Origin: Betaproteobacteria bacterium
GTDB taxonomy: Bacteria > Pseudomonadota > Gammaproteobacteria > Burkholderiales > SG8-41
DNA length: 58,636 nucleotides
Assembly (NCBI GenBank): GCA_016868015.1
Contig: VGIF01000002.1
Coordinates: 1 to 58,636 of the forward strand
Direction: 5' to 3'
Part shown: positions 8,729 through 18,439 of the stretch, piece by piece
Layout of the letters: every line of letters starts with the position of its first letter
How positions within the stretch are numbered: position 1 is the first letter of the stretch
Translations under genes and position numbers: made by a program
The notes under the pieces: model-generated
What the model was told of the DNA's origin: nothing
Seen by the model: only the letters and a program-made list of their open reading frames with translations
Database searches by the model: none

Positions 8729-9760
8729 CTAATCGGTTTCGAGCTTGTCGGTGCTGGTAAAGCGCCAGGTGCGGCTGATGTCGATGACATCGACGTCCTT
8801 GGCGATATCCGGCGGGAACGCCGCGTACGGCGCGCCCAGACGCACGATGTGTCGCGCCGCGTCATCGAGGACTTTGCTGCCCGAGGAGCGGCGCAGCTCG
8901 ATGTTTTCCACCGTGCCGTTGGCGCGTATCGACACCGTCATCAGCAGGCTGCCGTAGATTTTTTGATCGCGCGCGGCCTGCGGGTAGTGCAACTCGCCCA
9001 GACGCTCCACCTTGATGCGCCAATCCTCGACATAACGCGCAAAGCGGTATTCCACGGCGGAGGCGCCAATGGAATGGCGCCGCGGCCGCTTTTGATAGCT
9101 ATCCCACATTTTCGCGATTTCCGCTTCCATGCGCTGAATGTTCAGACTGCGCTGGATGTCGGCTTCGCTGATCTTGGGCGTGATGTTGGGTTGCGGCTCC
9201 GCTTGCGGCGTGGGCTGCGGCGGCGCGGCGGCGGTTTCGAATCTGGATTGCTGCCGCGTCATCACCTGGCGCTGCACCTCGCGTTCCAATTGCGCCACGC
9301 GCTGTTGCGCCTGCGCAAGATCGTTGGCGAGCGGATCATTGCGCAGCGCGGGCAGCGGGCTCTTGGCGCGGCGCTCGGCATCGGTGTTGCCGCCGCCATC
9401 GAGATTGTGCTGCGCCAGCGCCTGCGCCTTGGCAGGCTTGGCCTTGCTCTTGGCGTTGACCAGAATCACTTCCAGCGGCTTGTCGTTGCGCGCGCTCGCG
9501 GGCTGCGGCGCTTTGAACGTGACCAGGCTGATCACCAGCAAGTGAACCAAAATCGAGCCGGTCAGCGCAATTTGGAAACGCCGGTCGAATGGCCCGCGCG
9601 TGACGCGCTGATCGAGCCGCGTCACCACGCGCTCGAAACGCGCTTCCAAGCGTCCGAGGCGGGCATCCAACTCGCTTAACAACGACTGGCGCGCAATTTG
9701 ATGCCCGCGCTTGGCGCGGCGCGTAAACGCTACCACTGGGGCTTTGGGTTTAGCACTCAT
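8729..9760 (-). CDS. TonB C-terminal-domain protein (energy-transducer family)
   Basis: Has an N-terminal membrane anchor, a Pro/Gln-rich linker (APPQPTPQAEPQP), and a TonB-like C-terminal domain (YPQAARDQKIYGSLLMTVSIRANGTV). Confidence 0.7.
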   Translation of the reverse strand: MSAKPKAPVVAFTRRAKRGHQIARQSLLSELDARLGRLEARFERVVTRLDQRVTRGPFDRRFQIALTGSILVHLLVISLVTFKAPQPASARNDKPLEVILVNAKSKAKPAKAQALAQHNLDGGGNTDAERRAKSPLPALRNDPLANDLAQAQQRVAQLEREVQRQVMTRQQSRFETAAAPPQPTPQAEPQPNITPKISEADIQRSLNIQRMEAEIAKMWDSYQKRPRRHSIGASAVEYRFARYVEDWRIKVERLGELHYPQAARDQKIYGSLLMTVSIRANGTVENIELRRSSGSKVLDDAARHIVRLGAPYAAFPPDIAKDVDVIDISRTWRFTSTDKLETD

Positions 9761-9884
9761 GGGAGCCGCTATTGTGTCGCCAACCCGCCTGAGATGGCAA
9801 GAAAAACTTTTTGTTTACCGATAGTTACAGAGAACTTTTCAAGTAATTGCGCAAACGCCACGGCAGGTCAGTGAGTACTTCCTT

Positions 9885-11738
9885 TCAGGCGATGCCACCA
9901 TCGACTTTGCGCCTGAATTCACAATGCAGGGACAAATCCAGCAAGTCGATCGCCGACACCTCCAATTCCACCGTGGTATCGGGTGCCAGCTCCGGCAGCG
10001 AGGCCACGCGCTGCACCAGCGGCAGTTCGTCAAAGCGCACCAGGTTCTCGCGCAGCACCGTCGCCTGCGCCAGCGTGCGCGACTCCTGGGTCAGCCAGCG
10101 CAGGCACCAGTAGCGTTCCATGTTGCGTTGAAACTCGGCATAGGCGTCGTACGCCAGCTCAAAATCGCGCATCGCCGCAAGCAGCATGGCGTCACGCGGC
10201 TGATACGGCGCCGTCTCGTTGCGCACGGCGGCAATCAACTGACGCTGGTTAATCAAATCGACATAACGCCGCAACGGTGAGCTGGCCCATAGATATTGCG
10301 CCACGTTAAGCCCTTCGTGCGGCGCGGGCGCGGTGCTCATGCGCACCTTGCCCGCGCTTTGCACGCGGTAGATCGCGGCGATTTTTTTATCCGCCAGTTC
10401 GCGGCCCCAGGTGCTGTTGACATAAATCATCAGCTCCGACACCACGATGTCGATGGCCGAGCCGCGCAGGCGCGGCGTGATGGTGACGCGGTCGTTGGCC
10501 ACGTGAAAGTTGTATTCGGCGCGCTGTTGTGGCGGCGGGTTGCCGCCCAGACGCGTTTTCATGCGCGCCTTCGCGAAATCCCACAACGCCATGAGTTCCC
10601 GGCTTTGCGGGTGATCGATCGCGCCTCTGGCGATCGCGGCTTCGTGAAACACCGGTTCCAGCGTATCGTGGCGCAAATTACCGGCCACCCGCACGCGCTC
10701 CACCCGGGTTTCGGTGGCGGCGATTTCACCCGATGCATTGACCTCGACGTAAAGCGACAACGCCGGGCACTCGCGCCCTTGGGCAAGCGTGTAGGTGTCG
10801 ATCAGCGCCGGCGGCAGCATGGTGATTTTGCCGGCGGGGTGATAGACGGTGGAAAGCCGCTCGCGCGCCAGTGCTTCCGCCGGTGTGTCAAGCGTGATAC
10901 CCAGCGCGGGCGCGGCAATGTGTATGCCGATACGCACGCCGCCCGCCGCGCGCGTGCTCACCGAAAACGCATCGTCGATTTCGGTGGTGGACGCGTCGTC
11001 GATGCTGTACGCCGCCACGTCGGCAAGCGCCAGTTCATGGGTATCCGCGGGTGGCGGTATACCGGCATGCGCCTCGCCGCGCGGAAGATACTCGAACAAA
11101 AACCGGTCGAGATGAAAATCGTGCGTCGAAGTAATCGCGCCGCAACGCTCGAGCAAACGCACCGGCGAATAGCGTAGCGTCTCGCAGGCTTCTTCCAGCG
11201 CCTTATATTCGATGCTGTTTTTATCGGGCTTGTAGAGCAGGGTTTTGACGAGCGGTGTGAATTCGGGCGGCAACTTCCCCTCGGCGAGCTGCGCCACATA
11301 CCGATCCTTTTGCAACGCTTGCTGCTTTTTTCGCTCGATGCCGGCAAGCGCGGCCTGCAACGCCGCTTGGGGCGCCGCCTTGTAACGGCCTCGGCCCTTT
11401 TTGTAGAAATACATCGGCGCGCCGTGCAGCCTCACCAACACCGCGGCCGACTCCAGCGCGCTGGGGTCGTGGCCGAAATATTCGCGCGCGAGCGCCGTGT
11501 AATCGAATTCCGGCTCGCCGCAACATTCCCACAAAAAATCGACGTCGATGTCCGCCGCCATGCGCTGCGTATCCGCCATGAAATTCGCCGGCGCCGGCTG
11601 ATCGAAGCGCAGCAACACCGCAGAGGCTTTGACCTTGGAGCGCTTACCGTGCGGCGCTTCGACTTGCAGCGACGTGTCGTTGTCGGCGAGGATCACGCCG
11701 ACTTTAAAACCGCCGTCTTCTTCGTAAAAAATGTTCAT
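9885..11738 (-). CDS. RNase II/RNB-family 3'-5' exoribonuclease
   Basis: 617-aa ORF with an RNB-domain motif (DDASTTEIDDAFS) and a family-typical N-terminus (MNIFYEEDGGFKVG). Confidence 0.85.
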   Translation of the reverse strand: MNIFYEEDGGFKVGVILADNDTSLQVEAPHGKRSKVKASAVLLRFDQPAPANFMADTQRMAADIDVDFLWECCGEPEFDYTALAREYFGHDPSALESAAVLVRLHGAPMYFYKKGRGRYKAAPQAALQAALAGIERKKQQALQKDRYVAQLAEGKLPPEFTPLVKTLLYKPDKNSIEYKALEEACETLRYSPVRLLERCGAITSTHDFHLDRFLFEYLPRGEAHAGIPPPADTHELALADVAAYSIDDASTTEIDDAFSVSTRAAGGVRIGIHIAAPALGITLDTPAEALARERLSTVYHPAGKITMLPPALIDTYTLAQGRECPALSLYVEVNASGEIAATETRVERVRVAGNLRHDTLEPVFHEAAIARGAIDHPQSRELMALWDFAKARMKTRLGGNPPPQQRAEYNFHVANDRVTITPRLRGSAIDIVVSELMIYVNSTWGRELADKKIAAIYRVQSAGKVRMSTAPAPHEGLNVAQYLWASSPLRRYVDLINQRQLIAAVRNETAPYQPRDAMLLAAMRDFELAYDAYAEFQRNMERYWCLRWLTQESRTLAQATVLRENLVRFDELPLVQRVASLPELAPDTTVELEVSAIDLLDLSLHCEFRRKVDGGIA

Positions 11739-11749
11739 TTGAACCCATG

Positions 11750-11783
11750 AAAAAAGCGCGGCCCAATCGCTTGGGCCGCGCGC
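11750..11783 (-). terminator. Strong intrinsic-terminator-type hairpin (11-bp perfect stem, GCGA loop, U6) 11 nt upstream of the RNase II-family start codon
   Basis: The minus strand reads GCGCGGCCCAA-GCGA-TTGGGCCGCGC-TTTTTT. Confidence 0.7.
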
Positions 11784-11785
11784 GC

Positions 11786-11791
11786 ATTATA
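11786..11791 (-). promoter_or_regulatory. Candidate -10 box (TATAAT) for the RNase II-family gene
   Basis: A perfect TATAAT on the minus strand (preceded by the duplicate GGGTATAAC) abuts the hairpin. A transcript starting about 7 nt downstream would begin with the hairpin. The -35 region is weak. Confidence 0.4.
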
Positions 11792-11864
11792 CCCGTTATA
11801 CCCGAACGTTGAGCGCCGCCACCGCGCGTCGAAGGCTATCGGGTTTGACGATTATTCACCGGGT

Positions 11865-11897
11865 TGCGCGCTGAAGGTGCGCGCTGAAGGTGCGCGC
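11865..11897. repeat. 13-bp tandem direct repeat (TGCGCGCTGAAGG x2.5)
   Basis: Read directly from the sequence, just downstream of the esterase-like gene stop. Confidence 0.8.
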
Positions 11898-11908
11898 ATC
11901 AGCCGCGC

Positions 11909-12472
11909 TCACGGGTTAATACCGCAAAACGCCAATATCGCATCGAGATAGTCGGCGAAATCGCCAAACCCGTGGTCGCCGCCGGGGATCACCCACTGCC
12001 GCGCGCCGCGGTATTTTTCCACGCCTTGCCGATAGTCGAGCGTTTCGTCGCCGGTACGGGTAACCAGCAAATAATGTTGCGGCGTGATGGTTGCGACGTC
12101 AAACGATTTCAGTTCGTCGATGTGTTGCGGCGTGAGCTCATACTCGGCGCCGGTGTAAATATTTTTCTGCGGGCCGAGATAACCCCGCAACAACTCATAC
12201 GGCCGCACCGCCGGATTCACCAGCACCGTGCGCAGCGCGTACTGCTCGGCAAGCCACGTCGCGTAATAGCCGCCCAAGGAGCTGCCGATCAGCGCGGCGT
12301 TGCGATGCCGTTCCACCAAGCCGCGTAATAACGCCATCGCCTCGCCGGGGCGATGCGGCAGCGCCGGCACCAAACACTCATGTGCGCGCCCCAACGCGCG
12401 CATGCGCTCGCCGACCAAGCGCGCCTTGAACGAATTCGGCGCGCTGTTAAAGCCGTGGATGTAAATCAGCAT
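11909..12472 (-). CDS. YqiA/YcfP-type alpha/beta-fold esterase
   Basis: Carries MLIYIHGFNSAPNSFKA and the nucleophile elbow GSSLGG; about 188 aa. Confidence 0.75.
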   Translation of the reverse strand: MLIYIHGFNSAPNSFKARLVGERMRALGRAHECLVPALPHRPGEAMALLRGLVERHRNAALIGSSLGGYYATWLAEQYALRTVLVNPAVRPYELLRGYLGPQKNIYTGAEYELTPQHIDELKSFDVATITPQHYLLVTRTGDETLDYRQGVEKYRGARQWVIPGGDHGFGDFADYLDAILAFCGINP

Positions 12473-12505
12473 GCTTTGGCGGCGTGAGGCTGCCGTCAAC
12501 GCTGT

Positions 12506-13222
12506 TCAGGCGCGCGCAATCGGTTCCAGGCCGCTCGCGGTGATGGCCTGGTGCGCGGCGGCCGATGCCAGAAATTGAATGACGGCAAGCGCCGCCGCTT
12601 TATCCGTGGTATTCACCCCCACGCCCGCGGTGAACGCCGATACTTTTTGCACCTCCGGCGGCAGCGGCGTGATGTGATCGATGCCCGGCACCGGCAGCAA
12701 TTCGCTCATTTGTTGAAAGCCGATCTCAAGCTCGCCGCGCGCCACCACCGCACCGACGCGCTCGCCGCCGCCGATATGGCGGCACTTGGGCAACACTTGA
12801 TCGGCAATGCCCAGGCGCTGCACCAGTTCGGTGGTGAGGTATTGGCCGCTGACACTCGCCGAATACCCGATCGACTTGGCCGCGAGCAGCGTGCGCTTTA
12901 AGGCGTCGGCGCTGCCGATATCGGGTTTGGGCGCGCCGGCGCGCACCGCCATGCCGATCATCGAGCGCGCGAGTTGCGTGGCGCCTTGCGCCAGCACCCG
13001 TTTGTCGGCGATCAATTGACGCAGCAGATCGTCGGCGACGATCACCAGGTCGGCAACTTCACCGCGCTTTAAACGATTCGGAATCGAGGCATCACCGGTG
13101 CCGACCGAGGTGGTGACCGTGATTACCTTTTTGCCTGTGCGTTGCTCGACTTGCGGCAACAGCGCAAGGTGCGCCGCGGTGAACGCGCCCGAAGTCATGA
13201 CGCGGATTTCGTGGGAAGCCAT
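12506..13222 (-). CDS. ModA-like (type 2 periplasmic-binding fold) substrate-binding protein without obvious signal peptide
   Basis: Sequence pattern of the molybdate/tungstate-binding-like family (SGAF..., GELEIGFQQMSEL). The start was taken at the ATG at 13222 (MASHEIRV). Confidence 0.6.
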   Translation of the reverse strand: MASHEIRVMTSGAFTAAHLALLPQVEQRTGKKVITVTTSVGTGDASIPNRLKRGEVADLVIVADDLLRQLIADKRVLAQGATQLARSMIGMAVRAGAPKPDIGSADALKRTLLAAKSIGYSASVSGQYLTTELVQRLGIADQVLPKCRHIGGGERVGAVVARGELEIGFQQMSELLPVPGIDHITPLPPEVQKVSAFTAGVGVNTTDKAAALAVIQFLASAAAHQAITASGLEPIARA

Positions 13223-13323
13223 GATGAAATTTTTCTGAAAGTGAATATCGATTTTAGCAAGGCGCATGCACGCGGCCAGCCGCAAGCGGCCGCGCCGCCA
13301 CTGCGCACACGCTCACAATTTTA

Positions 13324-13357
13324 CATAAGTATTTGATTTTATTGATATTTTTATTTT
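13324..13357 (+). repeat. AT-rich element copy A
   Basis: Reads CATAAGTATTTGATTTTATTGATATTTTTATTTT, in the divergent intergenic region between 13222 and 13420. Confidence 0.85.
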
Positions 13358-13419
13358 CGCCTAAAGCAGCGCCGCGGGCTGTTACGATTGGGTCACGCAA
13401 ATTCTTCAAGGAGCACGGC

Positions 13420-14343
13420 ATGAAAGCAGCTTACTTCAGCAAACACGGCGGCCCGGAGGTGATGGAATACGGCGAGCGCCCCGACCCGGTCGCCGGCCCC
13501 GGCCAGGTGGTGGTGGACATCCACGCGGCGAGCGTCAACGGCGCGGATTGGAAAGTTCGCGCGGGCACTTACGCCCCTATCGCTGATTTGCCGTACATCC
13601 CGGGGCGGGATTTTTCCGGCGTGGTCGCGGTGCTGGGCGCGGGCGTCTCCGATTTCAAAGTGGGCGATGCGGTATTCGGCGTGTGTGATGTCGGGCAAGA
13701 GCAGGCTTACGCCGAAAAAATCGCGATCAAAGCTTCGATAGTGGCGAAGAAGCCGCCGCAGTTGTCGCACGTTGACGCAGCGGCGCTGGCGCTGATCGGC
13801 CTGACCGCTCTGGTGGCGGTGGAAGACACGATCAAACTCAAAAAAGGCGAGAAAATTCTGGTGCAAGGCGGCGCCGGCGGCGTGGCCAGTTACGCCGTGC
13901 AAGTGGCCAAGCATATCGGCGCGTATGTGGTCAGCACCTGCAGCAAGGCCAACGTCGATTACGTGAAAAAGCTCGGCGCCGATGAGGTGATCGACTACAA
14001 CGCGGTGGATTTCACCCAGGCGGTGTCCGGCTGCGATGCGGTGTTCGACACCGTGGGGGGCGATGTCACCCAGCGCAGCTTCGCGGTGCTAAAGCCCGGC
14101 GGGCGCGCGGCCTTCATCGGCTCCGGCGCCAAGGCGCCGGAGCCGGAACGCAAAGACGTGCAATCACTGCGCCCCAACGTCGGGCGCACCCGTGCACACC
14201 TGGAACGCATCGCCGCGCTTGCGCTCAGCGGCGCGGTGAAAGCGCCGGAAGTGAAATTGTTTTCGCTGGCGCAGGCGGCGGAAGCGCACAAGATCAGCGA
14301 GGGGCGGCATTTTCGAGGGAAGTTAGTGTTTAAGGTACGGTAG
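13420..14343 (+). CDS. zinc-type alcohol dehydrogenase/quinone oxidoreductase (MDR superfamily)
   Basis: The ATG at 13420 has the SD AAGGAG. Motifs include VNGADWKVRAG, GDAVFG and VQGGAGGVASYAVQVAK. Confidence 0.85.
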   Translation: MKAAYFSKHGGPEVMEYGERPDPVAGPGQVVVDIHAASVNGADWKVRAGTYAPIADLPYIPGRDFSGVVAVLGAGVSDFKVGDAVFGVCDVGQEQAYAEKIAIKASIVAKKPPQLSHVDAAALALIGLTALVAVEDTIKLKKGEKILVQGGAGGVASYAVQVAKHIGAYVVSTCSKANVDYVKKLGADEVIDYNAVDFTQAVSGCDAVFDTVGGDVTQRSFAVLKPGGRAAFIGSGAKAPEPERKDVQSLRPNVGRTRAHLERIAALALSGAVKAPEVKLFSLAQAAEAHKISEGRHFRGKLVFKVR

Positions 14344-14359
14344 AACAAATAACCAACCC

Positions 14360-14457
14360 CAACCATCTTGTCGTTCCGGCGCAGGCGGGAACCCATAACA
14401 CCGTAGCACTTGAGACACCCTATGGGTTCCCGCCTGCGCGGGAACGACAGGTTGGTG
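14360..14457. repeat. REP-like composite: two inverted copies of the palindrome GTTCCSGC..GCGGGAAC
   Basis: Reads cttgtcgttccggcgcaggcgggaacccata ... tatgggttcccgcctgcgcgggaacgacagg. It lies in a convergent intergenic region. Confidence 0.85.
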
Positions 14458-14478
14458 TTTCGACCGAAGGTGCCTTCG

Positions 14479-15831
14479 TTATTCCCCCACCAACGCCCGC
14501 GCCAACACGCGCGCTTGCGCAAGCTCATCGAGCTCGCTGACCATGCCGATCAGGCGTTCCATTTGCGGCATCGGCAACGCGCGACTCATGCAATCGCGCA
14601 CCTTAACCAGATGCGCCTGGCGCGTGATCGGGTTGCGCGCGCTGCCGCGATAGGCGTCGCAACGCTCGGTGATCACGCGCCCATCCTTTAACCGCGCGCG
14701 CGCCTGAACCCACGCTTCGAGCGTGGAGGTCGAGATATCGGGGTTGGGCTTTAAGCGAATTTTCTTCAACGCCGCTTGCACCGGCGCGGAAAACCGCACT
14801 GCGTCCGAAAACGAATCGATACCCACCTGATCCTGCGTCAACGCCACTGCCGCGACATACTCGAAGCTGAACTTGCCGTCGAGCCCCGTCGCCGGCGCGG
14901 GCCGCGACAGCCCCGGGCGGCGCGAGGAGACTTCAAGCTCCAGCCACTCCACGTCGTCGGCCCGCAACTGGTTTTTCTCGCGCAACAGCACCACCGATTC
15001 GGTGGCCCATTGCATGGCAATCTGCGCGGGGTAACGCTTGATGTTAAAGCCGCGTTGCTCAAGGTTCCATTGCGTGCCCAAGCCATCGAGTAGCTTGTCC
15101 CATTCGAAAAGCTCGCCGAACAGCGTTTCAACATAACCGCGGCCGGTTTCAAAAATGGCATCGTTGGCGGTCAAGCCGTCGGCCGCGAGCATCGCCGCTT
15201 CAACACCCATGCGGCCCGCGTTGCCCGGATGCGTGCACTTGGTCATGGTGCCGTTGTTGGCGAACAGCGCGCCGGTGCGCGAGGCGCCGATGCCCAACGC
15301 CATGCGCGTTTTGTGCACATCGAGCCCCAGCAAATTGGCGCACGCGGCGGCGCTTGACGGTGGGCCGTAAATCCCCGGCGGATGAAACGGCCGCGACTCG
15401 GCTTTTTGCGCGGCCGAGGCGATGCGCTGCTGCACCTCCCACGCCACCGCAAAAGCCGTCAACAACGCACGCCCCGACGCGCCGGTGACTTCCGACAGCG
15501 CCAGTATTCCCGGCAACAACGTCGAAGTGCCGTGCGTCGACGGTATGCCTTGCGGCTCGTAATCGAGCACATGCATCGACGCGCCATTGGCAAACGCCGC
15601 CAGCGGCGCATTGGTGCGAAATGATGCGCCCACCACCGTGCACTCCGGCCGCCCGCCCAAGCGGTCGACATAACGGCGCACGTGCGCCGGCTCCTCCAGC
15701 GTCGCACCCGCCAGCACATTGGCAAGGCCATCCAGGATGATGGTGCGGCACGCCTCCAGCACAACCTCGGGAATGTTTTCGTAACGGGTGTTGGCGATGA
15801 AGTAGGCGAGTTGTTCGGTAGCGTTTTTCAT
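14479..15831 (-). CDS. MmgE/PrpD-family protein
   Basis: 450-aa ORF with typical family sequence (LDGLANVLAG..., FHPPGIYGP, GNAGRMG). Confidence 0.85.
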   Translation of the reverse strand: MKNATEQLAYFIANTRYENIPEVVLEACRTIILDGLANVLAGATLEEPAHVRRYVDRLGGRPECTVVGASFRTNAPLAAFANGASMHVLDYEPQGIPSTHGTSTLLPGILALSEVTGASGRALLTAFAVAWEVQQRIASAAQKAESRPFHPPGIYGPPSSAAACANLLGLDVHKTRMALGIGASRTGALFANNGTMTKCTHPGNAGRMGVEAAMLAADGLTANDAIFETGRGYVETLFGELFEWDKLLDGLGTQWNLEQRGFNIKRYPAQIAMQWATESVVLLREKNQLRADDVEWLELEVSSRRPGLSRPAPATGLDGKFSFEYVAAVALTQDQVGIDSFSDAVRFSAPVQAALKKIRLKPNPDISTSTLEAWVQARARLKDGRVITERCDAYRGSARNPITRQAHLVKVRDCMSRALPMPQMERLIGMVSELDELAQARVLARALVGE

Positions 15832-16028
15832 GGCGCGCTTCGGCAGAATGACTGGGCAAGATTCTCGGCGGGGCTTTGAGTGTCGCGCCCCCGGTGGCCT
15901 CAGTCAATAACCCGCGCGGCGCGCCGAACAACCCGCGGGCGAGTGAGCAAATACCGCTGGCCGCTATCGACGAACGATCGGAGTCGGGTAAGATGCGCTG
16001 AGCGTATCCTCCGACACCCTGGACAACC

Positions 16029-16859
16029 ATGACATCCGTTTCGGCCAAAAGCCATACCATCGTTCGCGACGACGTTAAGCTGCATCATCTGGATTGGGGT
16101 AACGAGGGCGAGCACCCGATCGTGCTGGTCCATGGCAGCCGGCTGCACGCGCATGTATGGAATCATTTCAGCAGCCGCTTTAAAGACCGCTTTCACATTA
16201 TCGCCATCGATCAGCGCGGGCACGGCGATAGCGGGTGGTGCCGGCATAACCGCTACGACCTGGAGGATTTTTACCAGGATTTGCGGGCGGTGATTCAGGC
16301 GCGCGGCCTTAGCCGTTACACCTTGATCGGCCACTCGCTGGGCGGGCGCGTATCGATGCTCTACGCCTCGCGCCATCAGCAGGAACTGGCGCGCCTGGTG
16401 CTGGTGGACATCACGCCGGGGCGCCCCGCCGCCACCGCGGACGCCGATAGGTCGCGCGTGACGGAAACACCGGCGCCGCGGGAATTTGAATCGCAAGCGC
16501 ACGCAACGGCTTATCTGGGCAAGTTGTTGTCCCGCGCACCGGCGCACTTGATCGAGGAAAGCGTGCGCTACGGCATGCGCCGGCTGGACTCGGGTCGCTA
16601 TACCTGGAAGTACGATCCCGCGGTGCTAAAACGCGCGCCGGCCGCGCTCGATCTGTGGAGCATGGTGCAATCGATATCGACACCGACGCTCTTGCAGTAC
16701 GGCAGCCACAGCAATGTCGTGTCGCCCGAACTCGCGCAACGGCTTTCGCAAACGATGCCGCGCTGCGATGTCGAACGTATCGACAACGCGGGGCACGCGC
16801 TGTTCACCGATCAGCCCGACGCTTTCGCGGCAAGCGTGGAGCGGTTCTTGAAAAGCTAG
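16029..16859 (+). CDS. alpha/beta hydrolase
   Basis: Carries HGSRLHAHVW, the nucleophile elbow GHSLGG, and a C-terminal GH catalytic-His context. Confidence 0.85.
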   Translation: MTSVSAKSHTIVRDDVKLHHLDWGNEGEHPIVLVHGSRLHAHVWNHFSSRFKDRFHIIAIDQRGHGDSGWCRHNRYDLEDFYQDLRAVIQARGLSRYTLIGHSLGGRVSMLYASRHQQELARLVLVDITPGRPAATADADRSRVTETPAPREFESQAHATAYLGKLLSRAPAHLIEESVRYGMRRLDSGRYTWKYDPAVLKRAPAALDLWSMVQSISTPTLLQYGSHSNVVSPELAQRLSQTMPRCDVERIDNAGHALFTDQPDAFAASVERFLKS

Positions 16860-16896
16860 CCGCCTCGGCCGCCGCCCGCGCGAAGATCGGCCTTCA

Positions 16897-18219
16897 ATGT
16901 CCCATCAGCACACGGCTGACGTTGTGATCGTGGGCGCCGGCGCGGCGGGGCTCGCCTGCGCGGCGCAGATCATTCGCCGCAGCGCGCGCCGTGTGCTGGT
17001 GCTCGAAGCGCGCGACTGCATCGGCGGACGCTGCGACACGCGGTTTCATCCCGAGTTGCCCGCGCCGATGGAACTGGGCGCGGAATTCATCCACGGCGCG
17101 TCACGGCCGGTATTGTCGCTGCTCAAAAAGTCCGGCGGTACCGTGGTTCAAGCGAAGCAATCGCGATGGACCGGCGCAGCGGGCAACTTAAGCCCGCGCG
17201 CCGATCTGCTGCCCGAAATCACCCGCGCCATGCGCAAGTTTGCGGCCACGCTAAAGCGCGATATTCCGTTTGAAGAATTCCTGGTGCACACACTGGGCCA
17301 AGCGCTGCCGAGCGCCGCGATCGCTCAGGCGCGTTTGCGGGTGCAAGGTTACGATGCTGCCGACCCGCTGCGGATCAGTGCGCGCGAGGTGGTGACGGAA
17401 TGGACCAGCGGCGGCGGCGCGGACGGCGTCGTCTCGCGCCCCGCTGGCGGGTACCACGCACTGCTGCGGTTTCTCGCGGACCAACTCACCGCGCCGCGCG
17501 CGCGCGTGCAATTGGCAACGCAGGTGAAAACCGTGACCTGGCGCCGCGGCAACGTCGAGATCGGCGGGCTGGTTCACGGCCGGCCTTTTCGTGCGAACGC
17601 GCGTCAAGCGGTGATTACCCTTCCGGTGGGCGTGCTTAAGCAGCCGCAACGCGCGGCGGGCGCGGTTCGCTTCATGCCCGCCCTGGCGCAAAAGCGCGCC
17701 GCGTTAAAACACATAGACGCGGGGGCCGTCGTCAAACTTGTGCTGCGCTTTCGCCACGCATTCTGGGAAACACTCGGTGAAGGGCGCTATCGCGACGCCG
17801 CTTTTCTGCGTTCGCCACATCCCGCGTTTGCGACGTTCTGGACGACGTTTCCACTACGCGCGCCGCTGCTTGTCGCCTGGTGCGGCGGCCCGCCCGCCGC
17901 ACGGCTGTCGACACAGCCTGCCGCGACAATGATCGATCTCGCGCTGCAAAGTCTTGAGTCACTGTTCGGCCATCACGCGGGAATACGAGAACAGTTTCTT
18001 GGCTGCGACTTGCATGATTGGCTCAACGATCCCTACTGCCTGGGCGCTTACAGCAGCCTCGCCGCCGGCGGCCAGGGCGCGCGCGAACAATTGGCAAAGC
18101 CGCTGCGCGAGACCTTGTTCTTTGCCGGCGAAGCCACCGATCTGGCCGGCGAATCCGCGACCGTCGGCGGCGCCTTGCGCAGCGGTGTGCGCGCCGCGCG
18201 CGAAGTCATCGCCAGTTAA
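16897..18219 (+). CDS. FAD-dependent amine oxidase family oxidoreductase
   Basis: Carries the dinucleotide motif VVIVGAGAAGLACA, GGRC, and a C-terminal FFAGEAT motif. Confidence 0.85.
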   Translation: MSHQHTADVVIVGAGAAGLACAAQIIRRSARRVLVLEARDCIGGRCDTRFHPELPAPMELGAEFIHGASRPVLSLLKKSGGTVVQAKQSRWTGAAGNLSPRADLLPEITRAMRKFAATLKRDIPFEEFLVHTLGQALPSAAIAQARLRVQGYDAADPLRISAREVVTEWTSGGGADGVVSRPAGGYHALLRFLADQLTAPRARVQLATQVKTVTWRRGNVEIGGLVHGRPFRANARQAVITLPVGVLKQPQRAAGAVRFMPALAQKRAALKHIDAGAVVKLVLRFRHAFWETLGEGRYRDAAFLRSPHPAFATFWTTFPLRAPLLVAWCGGPPAARLSTQPAATMIDLALQSLESLFGHHAGIREQFLGCDLHDWLNDPYCLGAYSSLAAGGQGAREQLAKPLRETLFFAGEATDLAGESATVGGALRSGVRAAREVIAS

Positions 18220-18439
18220 AATCAACGGTGCGACCCTGAACTGGCGGGGCGTATGCGGCTTGGCTGTCAGCCCAATGCGCCATGACGCGCCTGGAAAGGC
18301 TCAACACCAACCGGGCTGCGACGAACCGTATTGAAGTCGCGCGCAACGCGGCGGTTGACCGTGCGCACGCCGCGGGATAGATTGTTTTCAGGGGAAAACG
18401 CCGCTTTCGTTTCTTCATTGCCTTGCGAGGTACTTTCAC

